Shown in pieces: positions 10,833 through 19,354 of a stretch of 64,000 nucleotides of DNA (position 1 is the first letter of the stretch; each line of letters opens with the position of its first letter). A program made the position numbers and the translations under genes. Origin of the DNA: Bacteroidota bacterium (GTDB lineage: Bacteria; Bacteroidota; Bacteroidia; Bacteroidales; Cfx3-03); the NCBI GenBank assembly GCA_013390605.1, contig JACAUB010000001.1, positions 1,148,233-1,212,232 on the forward strand. Reading direction: 5' to 3'. The notes beneath the pieces were generated by a model. It worked only from the letters and a program-made list of their open reading frames with translations. It did no database searches and was not told the origin of the DNA.

Positions 10833-10892
10833 CGTATTTTTACCGTATCTTAACCGTATCAATATATACGGAGTAAATACGGTTCAGATACA
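10833..10892. repeat. 11-bp phased array: CGTAT x3, then inverted ATACG x2 plus ATACa
   Basis: CGTAT starts at 10833, 10844 and 10855. ATACG starts at 10866 and 10877, and ATAC at 10888. All six lie on one 11-nt grid, with the dyad centre near 10862. Confidence 0.8.
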
Positions 10893-10920
10893 GCATTGGT
10901 ATGGTGACGACATTCAACCA

Positions 10921-10973
10921 TATAAAACAAAAGAATCTGGTGTTGCAACAAACCCTAATTCTTTTGTTTTATA
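10921..10973. terminator. perfect 16-bp hairpin between convergent genes (probable bidirectional terminator)
   Basis: TATAAAACAAAAGAAT (10921-10936) is the exact reverse complement of ATTCTTTTGTTTTATA (10958-10973). It lies 23 nt past the stop of the GH29 gene. Confidence 0.55.
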
Positions 10974-10995
10974 AAGCATGATTCCAGTAATCAAA

Positions 10996-12807
10996 TTATT
11001 TCATCCATAGCCATTGAAACTTTACTTCATCATTTTGTTCAGTGACTATTTGCAACTCAATGTCGTAATAACCTGCTGCCGGAAAGTTGAGCGAACCCAT
11101 ACGGTTAGACTTGAAGTTGTCGATAACCCAATTAGAGAGCGGTTCACCAACCGTTTTTCCAGTAGGCGAAACTTTATGGATAACGATTTGGTTTGCAACT
11201 TTTAGTACTATATGACTTTTATCTGTTATTCCTTGATAGCTGTATGAAACATCGAATGTCTTTTGTCCGGGTTTATCTACATAGACCTTCCAATTGAATT
11301 CGGTATTTTCTTTTATCATAACATATGATGGAATGGTTCCTTCACGTTGTTCAGCTTCAATTTTAAGATCTTTAACAGGAGTGAAAAGATTTGATGATGT
11401 GAAAGAGTAACCACCATCTCTTGTTTTTGCAACTAAACCTCTAAAGATTTCAGGTTTCTGCGAATATTCTATAACTACAACCGTAACATAAGGGTCGGGT
11501 TGTGTCGAGGGTAGATTAATTGTGGTCAATACAGTGTCAAACGTAAACGATAGTGGCGTTTTCTTTTTGTCGGCAAGCAAATAAATCCTTTTCGGTTTAG
11601 TAATTATGCCAGAGAGGTTAAGTTTGTTATTTAGCGGATAATTGAAGATGTGGAGGTATAAATTGGTGCCTGTTTGTGTTTTTCTGCAGGTTATTTTACC
11701 CCAGTCGTGTTGATCTTTGGGTAGGTCGAATGCACTACATCCATAAATTGATTCACCATTCACTTTTAACCATTTTCCCATTTCCAGCATCCGTTGTGAT
11801 ATCTCGAAAGGAACATTTCCATTGGCTTTAGGACCAATGTTTAATATAAAGTTACCATTGAGACTCACATTATTAATTAATGAATGAAGTAACGTAGTGG
11901 TTGATTTATATTCAGAATCGAGTGTATTGAAACCCCATGAGTGTGCAACAGTAGCAGGTGATTGCCATGGAAAATCCTTCTTTTGACTTCCGAGTTGATT
12001 ATCACCCAGTTCTTGAATGTCTACATCACTATCTTCTTCCACAGAAAGTCCAAGACGAGAGTTGACAAGGCAATTGGGTTGTAGTTCGCGAATCAGTTTT
12101 TTTAATTGTAACAATTGTGCTTTTGTTACTACCGTCTGTGAGTGGTCAATCCACATATCGAACCAAATCATACTGATAGGGCCGTAATTTGTGAGTAGTT
12201 CGCGCATCTGGGGAATTACTTTTTCCTGCCAGTAACGGTCGTAGTTCTCAGAAGAAATGCCTGTAACCTCTTTGGTATGATCCCACCCGTATGGATGCTC
12301 CCAGTCGAGCCAATGTGAATAATAGAAACCTAGTTTTAACCCATGTTTTTTACAGGCTACAGCGAGTTCCTTTAATATATCTCTTTTTGGATTAGTATAT
12401 TCTGCAACATTGTAATTGCTAGCTTTGCTATTCCACAGTGCAAAGCCATCATGGTGTTTGGCCGTGATTACAACATATTTCATTCCTGATTCCTTGGCAA
12501 GTATAACCCACTTTTCAGGGTCAATATTTTCCCAGCTGAAACTGTCGAGCAGTTTTAGATATTCTGGTTTATCTATCCGATTTCGGTACTGAATCCATTC
12601 AGCATAATTATTATCGTTTCGAAGTTTCTCAGCTTTCCAGATACCTTCTGCGCCACTGTAGATTCCCCAGTGGATGAACATGCCAAACCGGGCGTCAATA
12701 AACCACTTCGCTCGTTCATTATAATGATCCTGACAGTTTGCAGAGATAGAAGTTAATAAGAGAAGAGCAATGAGTGTAGCTGATCTAAAAGAGAAAATTG
12801 TTTGCAT
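10996..12807 (-). CDS. GH29 alpha-L-fucosidase with a C-terminal beta-sandwich domain
   Basis: 603 aa with a signal peptide. Typical GH29 segments are FGMFIHWGIYSGAEG, KYVVITAKHHDGFALWNS and IWFDMW. Confidence 0.9.
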   Translation of the reverse strand: MQTIFSFRSATLIALLLLTSISANCQDHYNERAKWFIDARFGMFIHWGIYSGAEGIWKAEKLRNDNNYAEWIQYRNRIDKPEYLKLLDSFSWENIDPEKWVILAKESGMKYVVITAKHHDGFALWNSKASNYNVAEYTNPKRDILKELAVACKKHGLKLGFYYSHWLDWEHPYGWDHTKEVTGISSENYDRYWQEKVIPQMRELLTNYGPISMIWFDMWIDHSQTVVTKAQLLQLKKLIRELQPNCLVNSRLGLSVEEDSDVDIQELGDNQLGSQKKDFPWQSPATVAHSWGFNTLDSEYKSTTTLLHSLINNVSLNGNFILNIGPKANGNVPFEISQRMLEMGKWLKVNGESIYGCSAFDLPKDQHDWGKITCRKTQTGTNLYLHIFNYPLNNKLNLSGIITKPKRIYLLADKKKTPLSFTFDTVLTTINLPSTQPDPYVTVVVIEYSQKPEIFRGLVAKTRDGGYSFTSSNLFTPVKDLKIEAEQREGTIPSYVMIKENTEFNWKVYVDKPGQKTFDVSYSYQGITDKSHIVLKVANQIVIHKVSPTGKTVGEPLSNWVIDNFKSNRMGSLNFPAAGYYDIELQIVTEQNDEVKFQWLWMK

Positions 12808-13369
12808 TCGCTTATTTTATTAGAATTGTGTGATTGTTGAGTTTTATAAGGTTGTTTTTGATAACGGACTTTAATAATTATCAAAATTAAAACTTTAGAA
12901 TCGGATTCAAATAAAAAACAACAACAAGTTCTCCTAAAGGTATCATCATTTTGAACATAGGGCGAAGTCTGTTGAATATCTGTTTATAAATAGATTTCTC
13001 CCAGTTGGTCGAAATAATGTGAAGCTAAAAAAGAGATCTGTTACTTCATTCGAGATGACTGGAAGTTCTATCGGAATGAAGAACTTTGCTGATGCAGACT
13101 GCAGGTCTGCATCAGTTGGATCAATAAAAATCATCTGGTTAGAGAATTTATTTCTTTGTGGGAAATTAGTAAATAGATATTAGTGTATTGATAAATAGAA
13201 TATTGTTTTTTATCTACAATCTATTTTATACCTGTCTTAACAGATTAAAAAGAATAAAACACAATTCCTAAACAGAACTTTAAACTCAACTGAGTTAAAT
13301 TTCTTAACGCTCTGCTTCCTGAAAAAATGATTTCACGTAATATCTCGTCTGCTTTGTTTGCGAGGTTAT

Positions 13370-13921
13370 TTAATTTTCATCAATGAAGTATAACTTGTTA
13401 TCTTCAACCCGGTAATATAATGGTGCAATTGTTATTTTTGGATAACGAAGTCGAAGTCTTCTGGTTTCGCTCAATGTAAAATCTGTCTCACTTCCAATTT
13501 CAAACATAGGCGCAAAGTGCATAAAGTGTTCTTCTGCTTTCTCTTTTTTCCATCCGGCTGTTTCTACTAAACCGTTTATGAATTCGGTTTTACGTGCAAC
13601 CAGATTCACCATCCCGCAGTGATTATGCGCAATGAGTGCTATATAACTGACATTTCCAACCGCAATGGCATAAGATACTTTAAACTCACTATATCTTAAA
13701 TTAGCCCCTCCTGCCCGAATGATAAAAGCGAAGTTGTCAGGTATATTGAGATGCTTTCGGTTATCCATGCACATTCCAACTAATAGCTGAGCTGTTTCAT
13801 AAGGTTCAAGAGATCTGTTTAAATTGTGATACTCTAACAGTAATCCGATAGGGGTATTTCTATAGACGGGTAGAATATCTTCTATTGAATTGATGGATAT
13901 GAGTTTATCGATATTTTTCAT
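13370..13921 (-). CDS. beta-carbonic-anhydrase-fold protein
   Basis: 183 aa. It carries the two beta-CA zinc-ligand motifs C-x-D-x-R (GMCMDNR) and H-x-x-C-G (AHNHCGM). Confidence 0.65.
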   Translation of the reverse strand: MKNIDKLISINSIEDILPVYRNTPIGLLLEYHNLNRSLEPYETAQLLVGMCMDNRKHLNIPDNFAFIIRAGGANLRYSEFKVSYAIAVGNVSYIALIAHNHCGMVNLVARKTEFINGLVETAGWKKEKAEEHFMHFAPMFEIGSETDFTLSETRRLRLRYPKITIAPLYYRVEDNKLYFIDEN

Positions 13922-13991
13922 GGTGATTTAACCTGAGTTTATCATGTGTCAGATAATTGTAAACAATTCAAAAGTAAAAATGATGGGCTAT

Positions 13992-15092
13992 CTATGCAAG
14001 ACTATTTGCATTTAGTCTTCCGAGCTCTTTTAGTTTACGAACATGTGAACGTAGTGCATTTAAGAACGTTGGTTTCAGATTATAGGTAAAGCCAAATTCT
14101 TTCGCTGTTTTCTCTACGATTGGTGCTATTTTACGATAGTGAATATGACAAATGTTTGGAAACAGATGATGTTCGATCTGAAAATTTAAACCTCCAATGT
14201 ACCAATTGAGTAAGAAATTATTTCGCGCAAAGTCGGCGGTAGTATTCAATTCATGAACAGCCCATTCCTGCTCAATAACACCTTGCGCATTAGGCATTGG
14301 CTGTTCGGCTATCTCTACTATATGAGCCATTTGAAAAATCGTACTCATAATAAATCCTGCAGTCCAGTGCATGATAAAGAAACCAAGTAGTATCTGCCAC
14401 CAGCTAAATGCAGTGAATAATAAAGGAAAACCAATGAAAACAACTAGATAGACTACTTTAACAAATACCATTCTCCAATATTCAAACCTGGGGTTTGGAT
14501 TTCTCTTCTTGGTAATTTCTGCTTTATTAAATGACCTTAATTGCGGAAAGTCGTTAATAAGCTTGGATATGGTCATAAATCCATAAAAGAAGAATGCGTG
14601 AATATACTGATACCGATGGAATTTTTTAAGTGGCGCGTGTTGAGATAATCGTAACGGGCCTTTTGATGAAATATCCTGATCTGATCCATCAATATTTGTA
14701 AACGCATGGTGTAGAAAGTTATGTTGAATTTTCCAGTTGAAGACATTACTACCTAATAAGTACATGGTTCCCCCAAATACTTTATTTACCCATTCTTTGC
14801 TGGAATATGATCCGTGAACAGCATCATGCATTACACACATTCCAATACCTGCCATACCGATGCCTATTACGATAGCCAGAATCATTGCTATCCAAGCACT
14901 CATTGAAACAGTGAGGATTAATACAAGCGGCACAATATAAATGGAAAGCATTACAAACGACTGTACTACTAATGAAAAATTTCCTTTAGTGGATATTCCT
15001 TTCTCATTGAAGTAATCGGTCACATTTTGTCGGACTGCATCTGCGAAATTTTGTTGTTTAGAATCGCTGGAGATGAATTTTATTTTTTTCAT
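13992..15092 (-). CDS. membrane fatty-acid desaturase
   Basis: 366 aa with the three histidine boxes HDAVHG, HNFLHH and QIEHHLFP, plus multiple transmembrane segments. Confidence 0.85.
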   Translation of the reverse strand: MKKIKFISSDSKQQNFADAVRQNVTDYFNEKGISTKGNFSLVVQSFVMLSIYIVPLVLILTVSMSAWIAMILAIVIGIGMAGIGMCVMHDAVHGSYSSKEWVNKVFGGTMYLLGSNVFNWKIQHNFLHHAFTNIDGSDQDISSKGPLRLSQHAPLKKFHRYQYIHAFFFYGFMTISKLINDFPQLRSFNKAEITKKRNPNPRFEYWRMVFVKVVYLVVFIGFPLLFTAFSWWQILLGFFIMHWTAGFIMSTIFQMAHIVEIAEQPMPNAQGVIEQEWAVHELNTTADFARNNFLLNWYIGGLNFQIEHHLFPNICHIHYRKIAPIVEKTAKEFGFTYNLKPTFLNALRSHVRKLKELGRLNANSLA

Positions 15093-15406
15093 GCCTGTGA
15101 TGATGTTGAAATATTAAATAACAGGCGGTACAGCGTTTTTAAATGTAATATTTAAATTGAATTAACTGATATTAAATTAAATGCAAAACCGATAGATATT
15201 ACACTTAACATATGCGTTATGGCTTATGTTATTGAATTGTTATTATTTATGGTTGCCGGATATCATGTAATCACAATATTATTTTAATTTATTAACTGTA
15301 TTTTATCACATTGTCTCAAATAGTTTTCATCAAGACAATATTTACCGCATCTTCTATTGAACAGATCAGTGCAGCATAAGTTAATATAAAAATAGTTTAA
15401 TTATTG

Positions 15407-16834
15407 TTAATGGTGGTGCTTCCCTTTTCTATTAATTTTCCATGTTTTAAAAAATGGATGGGCTTCAGTGTTTAATATGCATTTATCGAGATCGAATGCT
15501 TTTTTAGGAGCAAAGAAGAGGTAACAATATTTCATGGTTTCGGCAAAGAAAAAGCTTTCAAGAGCATCCCACTTTTCCATGGTACGTACATCTTGTATCT
15601 GGACATAACCATTATCAATCTGACAATATTGTTCGATAGATTCGAACATGTTTTTTCCCATCTCATAATATTGCTTGTCTTTTGTGAAATGCCATAAATA
15701 GTACGTTGCTTCAATGGCTTCGGGACGGATCATATAATATGGTGCAACTACTTTCATATTTGAATAGTTAATGCATTCAGGTTCTACTCCATACATGCGC
15801 CACATTTTATCAATTGATTTCTGAAGCTTTTTTGCTCTGACAAAATCTTTGTCAAGACATAATACAGCACCCCAGAAGCAATCTAGCGCACCAAACTGTG
15901 TAAGGGTTCTTTCGCCAGAATTCATGTCGGCCCAACCATACCAAAATCCTGTTTTGGTTTCGTCGGCCAGATAGGTGTTAATTGCATTGCGCGATGTCTC
16001 CCACATTTGTTTTAATTCGGGATCATCGAACAACAACCAGCCCTTTAACAGATATTCATAATAAGCGTCGATCCCACCACTGATATGTGCTTGAGTGTTT
16101 GTCCACTCGCCCGTTTCAATATTTATTTGTGATCCTACTAATCCGGTTTTACCCCTCAGTTTATAAACTGCAACAACTCCTTTTTTACATTTTTCATAAT
16201 AAATTGGATTTTTTGAAAGCTTTGAAAGCATGCCATATTCTAATAACATGGAGCCAATTTCACAAGGGTTTGTTATATTACCTGAGACCTTTCCTGTTTT
16301 TAGATTTACCAATCTATAGGGCATTCCAGAGGGTGAGTTAAATATGGGGAGCATGCGATTACCTAAATCAATGGCCAGATTTAAAAAACGTTTGTCACCA
16401 TCGAGTTGATACGATGAGAGCAGTCCTCCCATAATGCGTATAGCTATTTCAAATTGTTGAATTTCAAAGTTTTTATCAAAATTAAGTCTCTCGAAAATTA
16501 GTTTCTTGGCTTCAGCTTCCTCTTTTTTTAGGCCCATGATATGCATAGTACTAAATGCATCTATTGGAGTCATCAATAAAGATTCAGCATACCAGTTATG
16601 TCCTTTTAGTGAAATGGGATTGACGGCATCCATGTCCCATGCATAAGTTTTATAAGCCTTCCATCCTTTCAAAAACGCTGCTTTTACACGATTCGCATAT
16701 ACTGTTGTTTCTGGATCCTGTTTTTTGTCTATTTGAGTTTTGGCTTGTACTGATGTCGTACACTTTAGTAATACAAGAAATATTAGAATCTTGAAAAGAT
16801 GCTTCATCGTTTTTGATTTTAGGTTCGCCAGCAA
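15407..16834 (-). CDS. GH47 class I alpha-mannosidase family protein (secreted)
   Basis: 475 aa. An alternative start at 16807 (MKHLFKILIFLVLL) gives a cleaner signal peptide. GH47-like segments are SLLMTPIDAFSTMHIMGL, IRIMGGLLSSYQL, RPEAIEATYYLW and FFAETMKYCYLFF. Confidence 0.75.
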   Translation of the reverse strand: MLANLKSKTMKHLFKILIFLVLLKCTTSVQAKTQIDKKQDPETTVYANRVKAAFLKGWKAYKTYAWDMDAVNPISLKGHNWYAESLLMTPIDAFSTMHIMGLKKEEAEAKKLIFERLNFDKNFEIQQFEIAIRIMGGLLSSYQLDGDKRFLNLAIDLGNRMLPIFNSPSGMPYRLVNLKTGKVSGNITNPCEIGSMLLEYGMLSKLSKNPIYYEKCKKGVVAVYKLRGKTGLVGSQINIETGEWTNTQAHISGGIDAYYEYLLKGWLLFDDPELKQMWETSRNAINTYLADETKTGFWYGWADMNSGERTLTQFGALDCFWGAVLCLDKDFVRAKKLQKSIDKMWRMYGVEPECINYSNMKVVAPYYMIRPEAIEATYYLWHFTKDKQYYEMGKNMFESIEQYCQIDNGYVQIQDVRTMEKWDALESFFFAETMKYCYLFFAPKKAFDLDKCILNTEAHPFFKTWKINRKGKHHH

Positions 16835-17030
16835 GCTGGTTTTTTTGTAAAAAAGTACAAATATAATCCGTTGGATGAGTTAATTTGGAATTTGATCAAA
16901 ACTAATTGATTAGGATTTTAAACTCGTAGAGATTTAAAATGATAACTATTTGATAATCTATAAGTCGAAATCTAATTCATCCAACGCGGAAAATATAATA
17001 TTTGGTTATATCTGCTCTGTAGATAAGATG

Positions 17031-18449
17031 TTAGGATGCAATTTCTTTCAACATATTTCTAAAAATGAATCCATGAAAGGGTAGGACTGAATACCAATAC
17101 ATTCTTCCCCATAATCCTAAAGGTCGAAAAGTAGCTGTTTGATAAAGTGTATTTCCAACTATTTTAAATTCCAACCAAGCCTCGCCGGGTAATTTCATCT
17201 CTGCGAATAATAATAATCTTTTATCATCTTTACTGGCGTAAAGAACTCTCCAAAAGTCAAGTGAGTCGCCTGTATATATCATTGTGCTGTTTTTTCTACC
17301 TCGCCGTAAGCCAACACCTCCTGAAAGCTTATCTAAGAAACCTCTTACTTCCCATAGCCAGTTTGCATAATACCAACCATTTTCGCCACCAATAGACCAG
17401 ATTTTATTTAATGCTTTGTCTACGTTAGTGAGTTCAGCTTTTCGACTATCTACATAACAACCAAATGTTGGGACATTAAGTAGTTTTGAAAATCCTTCCT
17501 GAATCGCATTACTCGTGAGTGCATCAGTCCAACTTGCAACCACGCTATCATGTTGAATTCGATCGAAAGCGAGTAGTATTGCCTCTTTAAATGATAAAAG
17601 CCTGATTCCAAGCATCTCTCTTAGATTATTATTTCTGCAAATTACCTCAACACTCATGCTTTTTACAAGATTAGCCGCTAATGTGAATGATATTGAGGTC
17701 ACAAAATAAAGCCAGTAGGATGATATTTTTGGAGTCATGACAGGGACCGTAATAATAACTCTTTTCAAATTTCGGACTTTTGCAAATCCTAATAACATCG
17801 CTTTATAGGTCAGGATTTCAGGACCCCCAATGTCAAAACTTTTGTCGAAAGCGTATTCAAATAACAATACTCCTTTTAAATATTCGATAACATTTCTGAT
17901 GGCAATAGGCTGTGATTTTGTGTTTAACCATCTTGGCGTAATCATAAAAGGTAGTTTTTCAACAAGATCGCGCATAATTTCAAAAGATGCACTGCCTGAA
18001 CCTAAAATGATTCCTGCCCTTAGGGTTGTTAGGTGGAAAGATGTGGACGACAGAATTTCTTCTACTGCTTTTCTTGAATTAAGATGCTTTGATAATTTGG
18101 CATCATTGATGATGCCACTTAGGTAAATAACTTGTTTAGTTTTGGTCTTTTGAATTCGATCTTTGAAATTATTTGCAGAGATACTTTCAAGCTTTTCAAA
18201 ATCTTGATTTACTGCCGACATTGAATGAATTAGATAGTAAGCAACATCAATATCATCAGGAATGGCATGAAGTGAGTTTATATCTAAAAAGTTAACTTCT
18301 ATAACACTTAATTTATCGGATTGATATTTTGTGACATCAAACCTGTTTATGTCTCTTACACAACAGATTACTTCATGCCCATCTTTTAATAGCGAGGGGA
18401 GTAGACTTTGACCGATATAGCCGGTCGTTCCAGTGAGTAAGATTTTCAT
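17031..18449 (-). CDS. NAD(P)-binding SDR/NmrA-like domain fused to a DUF2867-like C-terminal domain
   Basis: 472 aa with N-terminal MKILLTGTTGYIGQSL. The C-terminal half (WYYANWLWEVRGFLDKL..GLRRGR) matches my memory of DUF2867 proteins. Confidence 0.75.
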   Translation of the reverse strand: MKILLTGTTGYIGQSLLPSLLKDGHEVICCVRDINRFDVTKYQSDKLSVIEVNFLDINSLHAIPDDIDVAYYLIHSMSAVNQDFEKLESISANNFKDRIQKTKTKQVIYLSGIINDAKLSKHLNSRKAVEEILSSTSFHLTTLRAGIILGSGSASFEIMRDLVEKLPFMITPRWLNTKSQPIAIRNVIEYLKGVLLFEYAFDKSFDIGGPEILTYKAMLLGFAKVRNLKRVIITVPVMTPKISSYWLYFVTSISFTLAANLVKSMSVEVICRNNNLREMLGIRLLSFKEAILLAFDRIQHDSVVASWTDALTSNAIQEGFSKLLNVPTFGCYVDSRKAELTNVDKALNKIWSIGGENGWYYANWLWEVRGFLDKLSGGVGLRRGRKNSTMIYTGDSLDFWRVLYASKDDKRLLLFAEMKLPGEAWLEFKIVGNTLYQTATFRPLGLWGRMYWYSVLPFHGFIFRNMLKEIAS

Positions 18450-18963
18450 AATTTATTTTTTATGTAGTTTGAATCAAATTGTTTCAAAGTAAGGTATTAA
18501 CAATATTTTTCTTGAACTGTTTCTTTTTTTATGAGAACTAAGCTGAAATTTTAGAGACCAACGAAATAATTATATTTTACTAGTCCTTACTTTTCTCAAA
18601 ATCAGGTTTTAAATAGAGTTATTAACAATTTCATTGCTGGAGATTAAAATAGCCGGGTTATTTATTTTGGATATTCTTGATAACTTTTTTGATAAAGGGC
18701 AATGATTTTATAGGTTATCGTATTATCTTTAGATAGTTATTCTATATTGGGAATTGAATGCATTTTTTTACTATTTCTCTTTAATTGTGAAAAGGAATTT
18801 TGGTTATATTTTTATTATTTAGAATTTAATTTTGACCACACCAAGAAAGGACAATATGTCCTATTTTGGGATTATCAGATGATTGTTTATTTATTAATGT
18901 ATTGATATGATGATGATTAATTATTGGCACAGCTATTGTATACGCGTACACAACGTAATTTCA

Positions 18964-19350
18964 ATGATCATGAGAAAGTTAAGAATATTTTTAGTTATGT
19001 TAGTCGGATTGTTTGTTTTTGGGTCATGCCAGAAAGATAATCCTATACCTTCACCTGGTACACCAAGTGCAGCAACAAAGACAATGGATGCTATGGTTGT
19101 TAAACCAACCTTTGATTGGAAGACTTCGGTGCAATACAAGCTTACCTTGAAATCAAAATCAGATAACTCGGTGATCTTGGTAACACCATCGGGAAGCGTA
19201 AATCAGAAGTTTTATCTGATAGCAAACAGTCCGTTAACAGCAGTCCTTTCTGCACCATCATACGAGAAAACAATTCACCTTCTGTTTAATAAACACGATG
19301 TTGAAATATCATTAAGTGGACCAACCTTATCCTATACATTTAATTATTAG
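18964..19350 (+). CDS. small hypothetical lipoprotein upstream of the LruC gene
   Basis: The track ORF starts at 18907. The ATG at 18964 gives MIMRKLRIFLVMLVGLFVFGSC (signal peptide plus Cys). Its stop is 4 nt before the next start, so co-transcription is likely. Confidence 0.5.
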   Translation: MIMRKLRIFLVMLVGLFVFGSCQKDNPIPSPGTPSAATKTMDAMVVKPTFDWKTSVQYKLTLKSKSDNSVILVTPSGSVNQKFYLIANSPLTAVLSAPSYEKTIHLLFNKHDVEISLSGPTLSYTFNY

Positions 19351-19354
19351 AACC

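Noticed and set aside
12946-13134. 62-aa ORF in the GH29 / carbonic-anhydrase spacer
   Set aside because: It has no motif, and it contains the GC-rich hairpin that explains its open frame. Probably non-coding.
16855-16990. Dispersed repeat family suggested by words shared among intergenic regions (TATAATCCGT, GATTAGGATT and CCGTAT near 10840, 16865, 18715, 40130 and 55797)
   Set aside because: Matches of 9-11 nt among several kb of AT-rich spacer are expected by chance. My by-eye alignments needed gaps and were not convincing. This needs a real alignment before any claim.
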